A stretch of DNA of 64,000 nt, from positions 5,746 to 69,745 of the forward strand of contig DATHGV010000193.1 in NCBI GenBank assembly GCA_035490135.1, written 5' to 3'. Positions 9,227-19,389 of the stretch are shown here, piece by piece; position 1 is the stretch's first letter; every line of letters starts with the position of its first letter. The position numbers and the translations under genes were made by a program. The notes under the pieces were generated by a model. The model saw only the letters and a list, made by a program, of their open reading frames with translations. It was not told the DNA's origin and made no database searches. Source of the stretch: Candidatus Methylomirabilota bacterium (GTDB lineage Bacteria; Acidobacteriota; Terriglobia; Acidiferrales; UBA7541).

Positions 9227-9892
9227 CTAAGGCGATTCGATGGCCACGTTCTTGATGGCGTGAGCGACGGCATCCTTGACGACGACTTCATTTCGGCTGT
9301 GGTCGGTGATGCTGTCGTAAAGGAGTTGTGTCGGCCCGGGGTTTAGTTCCTTGCCGTAATCAGCGGTGATAGCGGCGGCGGTTTGTTGAAGGAATTTATT
9401 GGCTTCGGCTTGGAGATCGGTGCCGGCGATTTCCATTTGTCTGCCGACGTATGTCGTGGCGATTCGCTCTGCTAGTTTGTCGGCGGTCTGATAATAATAT
9501 TCGGAAATTTGACGATGGCCTTCCTCATGTTCGGAGACGTGTTGAGTTACATCATTTGGCACCCAGATGGTGAGGCTGAGCTGCAGGTCCATCTTGATGT
9601 GTGTGACGGTGAGAGTGGTGTGCGTGGCGTCGGTTTGGCGAGTTTGCCCTGCAACTGTAGCGTTAGATGAAAAATCGGAATCGCACGCCGCGTTTTCCCC
9701 TTGGTTCAGAGATGGCATGTCCGATGGCGGGTTGGCTGGGTCAAAGGTGCGGCGCGCGAAATTGACGGGCTGTTTGTTGATGGTCACGGCCGGCGTTTTC
9801 TTGAGCGGGTGGTTGCATGAGAGAGCCCACCAGCCGAGGCAAGCGATGACCAGCGCTTCGAGTAACACGGAGGGTGCAATGGATCGCCGCAA
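9227..9892 (-). CDS. secreted or lipoprotein putative Zn-dependent peptidase (DUF922-like)
   Basis: Hydrophobic N-terminus with ALSC lipobox-like site; HEEGH (HExxH) motif. Confidence 0.6.
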   Translation of the reverse strand: MRRSIAPSVLLEALVIACLGWWALSCNHPLKKTPAVTINKQPVNFARRTFDPANPPSDMPSLNQGENAACDSDFSSNATVAGQTRQTDATHTTLTVTHIKMDLQLSLTIWVPNDVTQHVSEHEEGHRQISEYYYQTADKLAERIATTYVGRQMEIAGTDLQAEANKFLQQTAAAITADYGKELNPGPTQLLYDSITDHSRNEVVVKDAVAHAIKNVAIESP

Positions 9893-10078
9893 TCGCAGTA
9901 TTGCCGCCGCTTTCCATTTTCCGAGCGCGTGCCGAACCGATATAAGTCCGCCTATGCCACGAATGGCACTCTGATTAAGAGGTCGCCCGAACTTTTACAC
10001 TGCGGGGCAATCGCCTGGACAGGTGCTGCCAGAGTTTGCTTCGGAGCCGCCGGCTTCAATGCCTGCCGATGTGTCCAT

Positions 10079-10522
10079 TTAAGATTTTAGCCAGACGTGC
10101 CAAATGAATAATCCAGCGTAGCTTGCCGCCAGCGCGAGGAACAGAGCAGTCAAAAGTAGATGGCCAATAACGAACTGCTTACCCTGCGGCCAGTCCGCGT
10201 GCGAAAAATAGAGCGTGTCGACAAGAATACGCGCCGTCCAATAAATGGCTATGAAGCAAGTAAGGCCCAGAGCAGGGCGGCTGCCGCGAAGCAGGTCATC
10301 GTGAAGCACAAGCGTGAGGATTCCAAAAGCCAAGATGGTTATTACCGTAAACGAGCTTTGGACCCATAGAAGCTTGCGGTTCAAGGGCATCAGCGATTGC
10401 AAATCCTGTTTCCAATTCAAGCGGTAAGGAACTTGAAAACTGGCTATCAAGATTACGAAATGACCGATACCAGCTAACCATAGATCCAAACCAAAAAGTC
10501 GCTCGATGGAAGCACTGGTCAT
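10079..10522 (-). CDS. four-helix membrane protein of unknown function
   Basis: Four hydrophobic segments; ATGA overlap with the upstream MBOAT gene. Confidence 0.75.
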   Translation of the reverse strand: MTSASIERLFGLDLWLAGIGHFVILIASFQVPYRLNWKQDLQSLMPLNRKLLWVQSSFTVITILAFGILTLVLHDDLLRGSRPALGLTCFIAIYWTARILVDTLYFSHADWPQGKQFVIGHLLLTALFLALAASYAGLFIWHVWLKS

Positions 10523-11418
10523 CGCGCGTGGATCGCTTTTATGAACGGAATTATCACACGCAGCACGAACGGCGGGTGGAAAAGGAAATATACGGGAGCG
10601 GCTGCGAACGAGGCCATGAATAGCCAGCCGCGATAACCTCGGCGAAGGCCGAGTTGGCTGCCCACAGACGAACGCTCTAGTGCCACGCCTATGCCCTGAA
10701 GAGCAAAATAAAACGTCGGGAGGCCGTAGCCTCCGCGTGCAGGGAGAGAGATCACCAGGTCATGGATGAGTCCCGAGACAACGAACACCAAAAAGCCAGC
10801 TCCTGCTACTCCGAGTCTCCTGTGGAGCGGGGCGAAGATTAAATCATGGGCGAGTTCGCGGAAACCTAGATTCCACCGTTTTCCCCAGAACTCACTGAGT
10901 GAATGCGAGTGCAGAGGAGCGGACATAATGGGCTGCGCATCAACGCCCAAGTTCTGCCAAAACAGCGCGACGATTTGAAAAGTTCCAAAGTGAAGCAACA
11001 AGATCAGACCCAGCATCCCTATCCAACCACGCAGCAGCAGGAGGTTCGGAGGAGGAACGCGGGACACGATCCAAAGCAGGGCGGCGCCGGCACACGTCAC
11101 AAATACTGCACGCAACCATTCTCGAACGCGCGGCCGGGAAACGCGGCCGGAAGAACGTAAAAAAGCTTCGGCATCCATCCCCGGCCAGGCCAACAGATAC
11201 GCGATGTCGCACCAGACCTGGTGGTGAATATGATTTCGAGCACTCCACCAGGTCAGCCACTTCAGGCCTGCATATATGGAGACGGCCAAAATCCACATGA
11301 AGGCCCAAGGCACAAGAAGCTTGTAGAAGGCCAGGGCGGCCGCGGGCAAAACCGCCAAGGGCAACCACCCGGTTACTTTCCAACGCGTGGGCGATTTCGC
11401 CTGTTCCATGCTGATCAT
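10519..11418 (-). CDS. membrane-bound O-acyltransferase (MBOAT_2 / wax synthase-like)
   Basis: P..SHSLSEFWGKRWN and FVVSGLIHD motifs, multiple TM segments. Confidence 0.85.
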   Translation of the reverse strand: MISMEQAKSPTRWKVTGWLPLAVLPAAALAFYKLLVPWAFMWILAVSIYAGLKWLTWWSARNHIHHQVWCDIAYLLAWPGMDAEAFLRSSGRVSRPRVREWLRAVFVTCAGAALLWIVSRVPPPNLLLLRGWIGMLGLILLLHFGTFQIVALFWQNLGVDAQPIMSAPLHSHSLSEFWGKRWNLGFRELAHDLIFAPLHRRLGVAGAGFLVFVVSGLIHDLVISLPARGGYGLPTFYFALQGIGVALERSSVGSQLGLRRGYRGWLFMASFAAAPVYFLFHPPFVLRVIIPFIKAIHAR

Positions 11419-11702
11419 CGTTCCCGGTGTTTGCGAACTGGCCGGGGCCGATTTTGATCTAAGCTATAAAAGATGAACAACGTAACGGACATACTACCGC
11501 AACCGGTTAATCTCAGGGCCACAGGCATCCTAGACTTTGGTCGAGACGAAGTTGGCAGGATTGCCGCGGGGCGAAAAAGTTTTCAGGGAATTGTTCACGT
11601 AACGAAACGCTGAACGACAACTGGACGCGGCAGAGGGTCGGCAGATACACTCCATTCTCCAATTACGCTGGGTGATTCAATTTCTCGAGGATGCCTGAGG
11701 GA

Positions 11703-12875
11703 ATGCTGCATTTCTACACTGCGGGTGAATCACACGGACAAGCGCTGCTGGCCTTTATTTCGGGGCTGCCGGCTTCGCTGCCGGTGGACGTTGCGTTTAT
11801 TAACCACGAGTTGCACCGGCGGCAACTGGGGTATGGACGCGGGGGGCGGCAGAAAATTGAGAAGGATCGGGCGGACATTTTTGCCGGTGTGCGGCATGGG
11901 AAGACGATTGGCGCGCCGGTGGCTTTGCGGATTGAGAATCGGGACTGGGCTAATTGGGAAAATAGTTTGCCGGTGGAAGAGTCGGCGGAGTCCGCTGGGA
12001 AGGAACGGAAATTGGTGGCGCCGCGGCCCGGGCATGCGGATCTGGCGGGATCGCAGAAATTTAATTTTCATGATGCGCGATATATTTTGGAGCGGGCGTC
12101 GGCAAGAGAGACGGCTGCGCGAGTGGCGGCTGGGGCGTTTGCGAAACTGTTGCTTCGCGAACTGGGGACGGAGATTGCGAGTCACACGATTCGCGTGGGG
12201 CATGTTGCCCTGGAGCGTGGCGCTACGTGGGACGAGATTCGAGCAGTGAGCGGGGATATTGAATCGCCTCTGCGTTGCGTGGACGCGGATTTGCAAGAAA
12301 AGATGAAGGCGAAAGTGGATGCGGCGTTGAAAGCCGGGAATACCGTGGGAGGGATTTTTGAGGTGGTGGCGCACAATGTGCCGGTGGGACTAGGAAGCCA
12401 TGCGCAGTGGAACGAAAAACTGGATGGTCGACTGGCGCAAGCGGTAATGAGTATTCAGGCGGTGAAGGCGGTGGAGATCGGGGCGGGCGTTGCGGGTGCG
12501 GGATCTTATGGCAGCGAAGTACAGGACGAGATTTCTTACGATCGAGGTGCGAAACGATTTTTGCGCTCGTCCAATCGCGCAGGGGGAGTTGAGGGCGGGA
12601 TTACTAACGGGCAAGACGTGGTGGTGCGTGGATATTTAAAGCCGATTTCGACGCTGAGACGAGCGCTAGGAACGGCGGATATGGTGACCAAGGAGCCGGT
12701 GCAGGCGGCGTATGAGCGCTCGGACTGGTGCGTGGTGCCGGCCGCGGGAGTGGCCGGCGAAGCGATGGTGGCCCTTGTGTTAGCGGATGCTTTTCTGCAA
12801 AAATTTGGAGGAGATTCGCTGGCGGAAATGCGGCGGAATTTCGATAACTATGCCCGACAAATCGACGAGTTCTGA
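11703..12875 (+). CDS. aroC: chorismate synthase
   Basis: TAGESHG, RPGHAD, ERASARETA, GGITNG, RSD; ATG at 11703 follows GAGG (alternative start 11691). Confidence 0.97.
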   Translation: MLHFYTAGESHGQALLAFISGLPASLPVDVAFINHELHRRQLGYGRGGRQKIEKDRADIFAGVRHGKTIGAPVALRIENRDWANWENSLPVEESAESAGKERKLVAPRPGHADLAGSQKFNFHDARYILERASARETAARVAAGAFAKLLLRELGTEIASHTIRVGHVALERGATWDEIRAVSGDIESPLRCVDADLQEKMKAKVDAALKAGNTVGGIFEVVAHNVPVGLGSHAQWNEKLDGRLAQAVMSIQAVKAVEIGAGVAGAGSYGSEVQDEISYDRGAKRFLRSSNRAGGVEGGITNGQDVVVRGYLKPISTLRRALGTADMVTKEPVQAAYERSDWCVVPAAGVAGEAMVALVLADAFLQKFGGDSLAEMRRNFDNYARQIDEF

Positions 12876-13443
12876 GCCTGTGGCGGCGACGGCTGAAACT
12901 GTTGCGCCGGCAGTGCCCACTGGACCACCGCGAAAGATTTATTCGATCGTGAAATATGGCGATCCCGTTCTGGAAAAGCCTACCGCTGCGATTACGGAGT
13001 TTGGGCCTGAGCTAGAGGAGTTGACCGAGGACATGTTTGCTTCGATGTATGCGGCGCAAGGCGTTGGGCTGGCTGCTCCGCAAATCGGGAAAAATCTGCG
13101 CCTGGCGGTGGTGGATGTGACCGCGGGGAAAAATCCGGAAGGAAAAATTGTACTGATCAATCCGGAAATTATTCATGCGGAAGGCGAAAAGCGAGAGGAG
13201 GAGGGCTGCCTTTCGATTCCGGGTTTTCGCGGGTACGTGGTGCGGCCGCAATTTGTGACGGTGAAAGCGCAAAACGCCAAGGGCGAGACTTTTGAGATTC
13301 GCGGAGAAGATCTACTGGCGCGAGCTTTCTGCCATGAGATTGATCACCTGAACGGCATCCTGTTCATTCAACACTTGAGCATGCTGAAACGAGATCTGAT
13401 CCGGCGCAAGATCAAGAAGCTGCGAAAACAAGGCGAGTGGTGA
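12850..13443 (+). CDS. def: peptide deformylase
   Basis: GVGLAAPQ, EGCLS, HEIDHL. Confidence 0.97.
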   Translation: MPDKSTSSEPVAATAETVAPAVPTGPPRKIYSIVKYGDPVLEKPTAAITEFGPELEELTEDMFASMYAAQGVGLAAPQIGKNLRLAVVDVTAGKNPEGKIVLINPEIIHAEGEKREEEGCLSIPGFRGYVVRPQFVTVKAQNAKGETFEIRGEDLLARAFCHEIDHLNGILFIQHLSMLKRDLIRRKIKKLRKQGEW

Positions 13444-13561
13444 ACTGTAGTTAAGGATTGGCCTGCTGGTCCTGAGAATTCCCGCGTCCGTTTTCCGATG
13501 GTGTCGTAACGTCAAATCAGGTTGAATACGTTTCATAAATTCGTTGGCCGGAAGGATACTC

Positions 13562-14500
13562 ATGCGGATTGTTTTCTGCGGAACGCCTGCCTTCGCAGTG
13601 CCTACGCTGAAGGCCATAGTGGCGGATCCGAATCATTCGGTGGTGGCGGTGATTACTCAGCCGGACCGGCCGCGAGGGCGCGGACAGGAGGTTTCGTTTT
13701 CCCCTGTGAAACAAACCGCGGTGGAAGCGGGGATACCGGTGCGGCAGCCGGTGAAGATTCGTGCTCCGGAGGCGAGAGAGTTGCTGCAAAGTTTCGAGCC
13801 CGAATGCTTCGTGATTATCGCTTATGGGCAAATCATTCCAGCGGGTCTTTTGCCGATTTCGAGGTGTGGCTGGATCAATCTGCATGCTTCCCTGCTGCCT
13901 AAATATCGTGGAGCGGCGCCGATCAATTGGGCGATTGCGAATGGCGAGACCAAAACAGGGTTAACCACCATGCGAATCGATGCGGGCATGGACACTGGGG
14001 ATATGTTGCTGCAGGAAGAAATTGAGATTTTGCCGGAGGAGACGGCGCCGGAGTTGGCGGCGCGGATGGCGGAAGCTGGGGCGAAATTAATGATAGAGAC
14101 GTTACGTGACCTGCCGGATGGGCTGGTTACGCCGAAGAAACAGAATGATGCATTGGCGACCTACGCGCCTTTACTGAAGAAAGGGGACGGAAGAATTGAC
14201 TGGGAGCGGCCCGCTCTGGAGATTTTCAATCGCATGCGAGGTTTCGAACCGTGGCCAGGGGCGTACACCACTTTTCGGGGGAAGACCTGCCACCTTTGGG
14301 GGGAAGCTGCAAGGCGAGAACAAGCGCCAATGCCACCCGGGACATTGCTGCGGGAAGAAGGCGACCTGCGAGTGGCTTGCGGAGACGCAACCGTTTTACG
14401 TGTTTTGACCGTCAAACTGGAAGGACGCGCGGAAGTGTCGGCGCAGGAATTCGTGAACGGGGCACGGTTAGCCAAAGAAGAACGCTTTGGTAACACCTAA
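13562..14500 (+). CDS. fmt: methionyl-tRNA formyltransferase
   Basis: MRIVFCGTP, TQPDRP, INLHASLLPKYRGAAP, MDTGD. Confidence 0.97.
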   Translation: MRIVFCGTPAFAVPTLKAIVADPNHSVVAVITQPDRPRGRGQEVSFSPVKQTAVEAGIPVRQPVKIRAPEARELLQSFEPECFVIIAYGQIIPAGLLPISRCGWINLHASLLPKYRGAAPINWAIANGETKTGLTTMRIDAGMDTGDMLLQEEIEILPEETAPELAARMAEAGAKLMIETLRDLPDGLVTPKKQNDALATYAPLLKKGDGRIDWERPALEIFNRMRGFEPWPGAYTTFRGKTCHLWGEAARREQAPMPPGTLLREEGDLRVACGDATVLRVLTVKLEGRAEVSAQEFVNGARLAKEERFGNT

Positions 14501-14595
14501 ATTGCGCGTGGACCAGCGCTGAGGCATACTCGGCTTCTCCCATTGTTTTTCGTAGTTCAGGCAGTTCGAAGCATACCGATTGGAGTTCACTGTTA

Positions 14596-16500
14596 ATGAT
14601 CAATTTTGGCCCAGCAAAAAAGTATGGACGCCGGAGGGTAGGGGCGAAGGATGTCATTTGTTTGGCATGGCGCATGGCGGCGTGCGGGGTGATTTGCGCG
14701 CAACTGGCAGTGGCACCCGCTGGCTGGGCGGCCGAGCAAAATTCCCCGAAGGGCCGTGCAGATGTCGCGGCATCGGCCGATATCGACCCTGACTCTGCCA
14801 GCGCATCCGCAACCCCAGTGGACGCCAAGAAAATCGTGAGCGACCCGGTTCTAAAGGTCATGCAGACGGAGCTTTCACGCGCCAGCACCGAACTGGGCAA
14901 AACCGATCAGGCTCCTTACTACTTGAGCTACACGGTGTATGACCAGGACTATGTGGTGCTGGTGGGGGCCTACGGAAGCTTGCTGACGGATGCGGCGGCT
15001 AGACGGCGGCAGGCGGACGTGACGATGCGCGTGGGTACGCACGCGCTGGACAATACGCACGGGCAGAGCCGGGCCAGCGGGGTTACCTCTGGATCTTTAC
15101 CGCTCTCGGACGATCAAGACGCCATTGGGCGGGTGCTTTGGGAACTCACGGACCGGGAATACAAGCGCGCTGTTCCTTCGCTGATGAATGTACGAACGAA
15201 TACGGCGGTGCGCGCGGAAGAAGAAGATAAGTCGCCTGATTTTTCCAAAGAGGCGTCGGCTACACACATCGGTGAAGCGAAGGTGCCGGTTACGCTGGAC
15301 CGGGCGACGTGGGAAGGCGAGATCAAGAGGTTGTCGGCGATATTCCGGAAGTATCCGGACGTTTATTTCGGAAGCGTTATGTTGCAGGTGCAGAACTCGA
15401 ATGCGCGGATGGTGACTAGCGAAGGAAGCACGGTGGTTACCCCCAGCGCTTCCACGCGGTTGATTATGGAAGCGCAAACGCGGGCTGACGACGGGATGGA
15501 ATTGTTGCGAGTGGAGACTTTTCAGGCACCGACTTCCAAAGGGTTGCCCTCGGAAAGCGAATTGTCCGCGAAAATCGAGAAGATGGCAGCGGATTTGAAG
15601 GCACTGCGCGCAGCTCCCGTGGCGGAGCCGTATGACGGACCAGCGCTGTTGAGCGGACGGGCGGCGGCAGTATTTTTTCATGAAGTGTTGGGGCACCGGC
15701 TGGAGGGACACCGGCAGCGAGACGAGGAAGAAGGGCAGACATTTACCAAGATGGTGGGACAGGAAGTGCTGCCAAAATTTCTAAGCGTGGCGGACGATCC
15801 GACGACCAAGCAGATTGGAGATGTGAAACTTTCGGGGTCCTATGATTTTGATAATGAGGGAACCCCGGCGCAGCGGGTGGATGTAATTCAAAACGGCGTA
15901 CTGAAGAATTTTCTGATGTCGCGGATGCCGATCAAGAATTTCGGAGTTTCCAATGGGCATGGACGAAACCAGCCGGGACTGATGCCCACCGGGCGACAGG
16001 GAAATTTAATTGTGACTTCCAGCCAAACGATTCCTGAGAAAGAGATGCGGCAGAAGCTGATCGATGAAGTAAAGAAACAGGGGAAACCGTACGGGCTGTA
16101 CTTCGACGACATACAGGGTGGATTTACGCTGACGACGCGGTCGTTGCCGCAAGCGTTCCAGGTGCTTCCGGTGATTGTTTACAAAGTTTATGTCGACGGG
16201 CGACCGGACGAGCTGGTGCGGGGAGTGGATATTGTGGGCACGCCGTTGGCGGCGCTGACGCGCATTGTGGCTACCGGGGATCAGGAGCATGTGTTCAACG
16301 GAATCTGCGGCGCGGAAAGCGGGAGTGTGCCGGTAGCGGCAGTGGCGCCGGCAATTATTTTCTCAGAGATGGAAGTGCAGAAGCGAGCGCACGCTCATGA
16401 GCGGCCGCCGATTCTGCCGCCGCCGGGATTTGAAGACGCGGTACCCTCGGTTGCAGCGCAAAGTGTCGCCCCTGTTGCGGGTACGGGAGAACGCCCGTGA
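14596..16500 (+). CDS. TldD/PmbA-family metallopeptidase, catalytic-type subunit (start uncertain)
   Basis: FFHEVLGHRLEG (HExxxH), DDPT, SNGHGR, CGAESG; signal-like N-terminal segment. Confidence 0.85.
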   Translation: MINFGPAKKYGRRRVGAKDVICLAWRMAACGVICAQLAVAPAGWAAEQNSPKGRADVAASADIDPDSASASATPVDAKKIVSDPVLKVMQTELSRASTELGKTDQAPYYLSYTVYDQDYVVLVGAYGSLLTDAAARRRQADVTMRVGTHALDNTHGQSRASGVTSGSLPLSDDQDAIGRVLWELTDREYKRAVPSLMNVRTNTAVRAEEEDKSPDFSKEASATHIGEAKVPVTLDRATWEGEIKRLSAIFRKYPDVYFGSVMLQVQNSNARMVTSEGSTVVTPSASTRLIMEAQTRADDGMELLRVETFQAPTSKGLPSESELSAKIEKMAADLKALRAAPVAEPYDGPALLSGRAAAVFFHEVLGHRLEGHRQRDEEEGQTFTKMVGQEVLPKFLSVADDPTTKQIGDVKLSGSYDFDNEGTPAQRVDVIQNGVLKNFLMSRMPIKNFGVSNGHGRNQPGLMPTGRQGNLIVTSSQTIPEKEMRQKLIDEVKKQGKPYGLYFDDIQGGFTLTTRSLPQAFQVLPVIVYKVYVDGRPDELVRGVDIVGTPLAALTRIVATGDQEHVFNGICGAESGSVPVAAVAPAIIFSEMEVQKRAHAHERPPILPPPGFEDAVPSVAAQSVAPVAGTGERP

Positions 16501-18269
16501 AGAGAACTCATCTAACTTTACTTATCGGAAGTTTATTTTTTGCCGCCCAAATCGTTGGGACTCCCGTTCCTGCAAGAGAACCCGCAGTGACCGATTCGCC
16601 GCGCACAGAAAGTGCCAGGCCTGTAGACACCGGCAGGCCTCTTAATTCGAGCGCCATGGCGGCGGCCGTCGCAGCGGCGAAGGGCGACGCATTACTGGAA
16701 GCGCTGCTTACGGAACTATCGCGGTCCTACACTCATTTGAAAATGGATCAGGTGCTGGCACCTTACTACATCGAATACCGCGTGAACGATGTGGATGATT
16801 ACGCCGCGGAGGCGGCATTTGGAGCCCTGGTGCAGAGCCAGAGAGTGCACGTGCGCATATTGCGGGTAGTGGTGCGTATCGGAGACTACAAACAAGATAG
16901 TTATTTCAGCCAGGGTATCGGGGAGACAAATATTCTGCCGCTGGATAACGACCCCATCGCTTTGCGTCACCAGATCTGGACGGCAACAGACGAGGCGTAC
17001 AAGAGCGCGGGGGAAGCATTCGCGGAAAAGCAGGCGGCGTTGAAACAGTTCAGCGCGGATCCAAACGCGGTCGATGATTTTGCCAAGGAGCCGGAGGTGA
17101 TCGCGCTGGAGCCGGTGGCGACATTAAAGGTCGATCAAAAGGAGTGGAAGAAGACGCTCGAGGACGTGACCGAGCTATATAAACAATATCCGGATGTACA
17201 GTCTTCGACAGCGTCGGCGCATTTCACGGGAGTGAACGAATATTTTGTGAATTCGGAAGGGACCGTGACGCGCGACGGACACGCGACATACAGCGTGCAA
17301 TTCAATAGCGCCGCGCAGGCCGCCGACGGTATGCGCGTGACGCGTAATCCGGCATGGATGGTGGCGCGGGCGGAAGAATTACCGACTCACGATGCGTTAA
17401 TGAGCGATGCGAAGAAAACATTGGAGACAGTGGTGGCCTTGAGGAATGCGCCTATCGTGGAAGAGGAATACCGCGGTCCGGTTTTGTTTGCGCCGGACGC
17501 CGCGGATGACATAGTAGCTTCACTTATTGGACAGAACGTTGTGGGGCGCAAGCCACAACTAGGAAAAGCAAACCGTACGACTGGGTCGTTTGCGTCCAGC
17601 TACAAGACGCGAGTACTGCCAAACTTTTTGACAGTGGTGGATGACCCGACGCTGAAAGAATTTCAAGGCAAAAGCACCGTGGGAAGTTATGGCGTGGACA
17701 GCGAAGGGGTCAAAGCGCAGCGCGTGACGGTGATTGATAACGGAACTTTGACCAATTATTTAGTGGGACGCCAACCGATACGCGATTTTACCGCTTCGAA
17801 CGGGCACGGCCGCGCGGCGCCAGGAGTTTTCCCTGCTCCGGGCGTCGGCATATTGGTAGTCAAGGCGTCGGAAGCGCAAAGTCCGGCGGCGTTGAGGCAG
17901 CGCGCGCTTCAGATTGTGGCGGATCAAGGATTGCCGTACGCGTATCGTGTGGACACGCTGGGGCCGGGCAACACGCCGCGCTTGCTTTACCGCGTATATG
18001 CGAAGGACGGACATGAAGAGTTGGTGCGCGGGGCAGTGTTCAGCGAGCTGGACGTGCGCGCAATGCGTAGTGATTTGATCGCCGCCGGCGACGATCCGCT
18101 AGTGAGCAACCGTTCCGGAGGCGCGCCGACCACGATCATCAGCCCGTCGCTGTTGTTCGGGGAGCTGGAAGTAAAACGCGCGGACACCAGCAAAGACAAA
18201 TTGCCGGAGTATCCGGCGCCACCATTAGTGGCGTCGACAAGCGCGCGGCGAGACAAGGGCTCGGACTGA
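16497..18269 (+). CDS. TldD/PmbA-family partner subunit without HExxxH
   Basis: Paralogous blocks PYYIEY, YRGPVLF, DDPT, SNGHGR, ELVRG; GTGA overlap with the previous gene; signal-like N-terminus. Confidence 0.82.
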   Translation: MKRTHLTLLIGSLFFAAQIVGTPVPAREPAVTDSPRTESARPVDTGRPLNSSAMAAAVAAAKGDALLEALLTELSRSYTHLKMDQVLAPYYIEYRVNDVDDYAAEAAFGALVQSQRVHVRILRVVVRIGDYKQDSYFSQGIGETNILPLDNDPIALRHQIWTATDEAYKSAGEAFAEKQAALKQFSADPNAVDDFAKEPEVIALEPVATLKVDQKEWKKTLEDVTELYKQYPDVQSSTASAHFTGVNEYFVNSEGTVTRDGHATYSVQFNSAAQAADGMRVTRNPAWMVARAEELPTHDALMSDAKKTLETVVALRNAPIVEEEYRGPVLFAPDAADDIVASLIGQNVVGRKPQLGKANRTTGSFASSYKTRVLPNFLTVVDDPTLKEFQGKSTVGSYGVDSEGVKAQRVTVIDNGTLTNYLVGRQPIRDFTASNGHGRAAPGVFPAPGVGILVVKASEAQSPAALRQRALQIVADQGLPYAYRVDTLGPGNTPRLLYRVYAKDGHEELVRGAVFSELDVRAMRSDLIAAGDDPLVSNRSGGAPTTIISPSLLFGELEVKRADTSKDKLPEYPAPPLVASTSARRDKGSD

Positions 18270-18297
18270 TTATTTGGTTTTGAGTTGAGATTCCATT

Positions 18298-19017
18298 ATG
18301 ACGCTGCGCGAACGACTGGAATGGGTAAGCAGGATGTCGCTGCTGGTTTTTATTCTGGCGTCGGCGGCATTTCTGAGCGCAATTACGGCCATGCGCGTGG
18401 CGATTCACGGGCGCGAAGTGACCATGCCGAACCTTGTGGGAAAGAACGTTACAGAGGCGAGTCAGCTTTTGCGGTCCCGCGGTTTAGTTTTGCGTGTGGC
18501 GGATCGCGTGTATAGCGATTTACCGACCAACGTGGTGGTGAGGCAAACGCCCACGGCAGGATTGTTGATGAAGGTGTCGCAACAAGCTCACGTGGTGCTC
18601 AGCCTGGGGCAGAGGCAACTGAGCATTCCCCGGCTGGAAGGAACCACGCTGCGAGTTTCTCGCATAGAGATGCTGCGCGAAGGGCTGCAAATCGGAGAGG
18701 TTTCTAATATCACGTTGCCGAAGGTGCCCGCGGATACGGTGGTGATTCAGAATCCGAAACCGGGAACCGGGGCGGCTACGCCACGAGTAGATGTGTTGGT
18801 ATCGCAAGGGGATCGCGATAAGGCTTACGTGATGCCGCACCTGGTGGGTCTGAACGAAAGCGATGCGCAACACCGTCTTGATATTGCGGGATTGCGGCGC
18901 AAAGTTAACTATGTGACGGCTCCGCAATGGCCTCATGGCGCGGTAGTGGATCAGACGCCATTGGCGGGGTCGCGGATTCCGGCTTCCGCACCAGTTGAGC
19001 TGACGATAGCTTTGTAG
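18298..19017 (+). CDS. PASTA domain-containing membrane protein
   Basis: One TM helix then three PASTA repeats (MPNLVG, IPRLEG, MPHLVG). Confidence 0.88.
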   Translation: MTLRERLEWVSRMSLLVFILASAAFLSAITAMRVAIHGREVTMPNLVGKNVTEASQLLRSRGLVLRVADRVYSDLPTNVVVRQTPTAGLLMKVSQQAHVVLSLGQRQLSIPRLEGTTLRVSRIEMLREGLQIGEVSNITLPKVPADTVVIQNPKPGTGAATPRVDVLVSQGDRDKAYVMPHLVGLNESDAQHRLDIAGLRRKVNYVTAPQWPHGAVVDQTPLAGSRIPASAPVELTIAL

Positions 19018-19117
19018 AGCGGGTCGCGGAACGCTGAAAAGTAGCTTACCCCTAGAGCTAGCGTAAACATTTCGAGAGCTTCGTAGTTATGGGTCGCGGT
19101 GTTTCCACGTTAAAGGA

Positions 19118-19149
19118 CCCACCCTCCAAAAAACCGAGGTGGGCCACCC
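19118..19149. repeat. REP-like palindromic element, copy 1
   Basis: CCCACCCTC-N-GAGGTGGG followed by CCACCC; resembles 45441-45472. Confidence 0.5.
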
Positions 19150-19389
19150 TGCGTCCAGCTGACTGCTCGGAATACCTCAGAAACATTAAGAATAAAAGAA
19201 GATAGGGAGGCAACCCCGAAGTATGGGAGCGGTTCTCATTAACGGGATTTTACTGCCGGAAGGGCAAACATGAGTGCGGACTGGCCTTTCGTTCAGGTTA
19301 TAATCCGGTGGGTTCGGGGTTTCGGGCGGCTCTCCCTAGCGGCCGCGACAGACGCTTGAAGGAATTTCAACATTTTAGAGAGGTGTTGT

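Noticed and set aside
7800-11600. Genomic island or prophage
   Set aside because: Accessory-looking content, but no integrase, transposase, tRNA or flanking repeats.
19018-19389. 372-nt gap as a possible ncRNA or decayed gene
   Set aside because: No recognisable RNA family or protein motif; only the REP-like hairpin and a TATAAT at 19299-19304.
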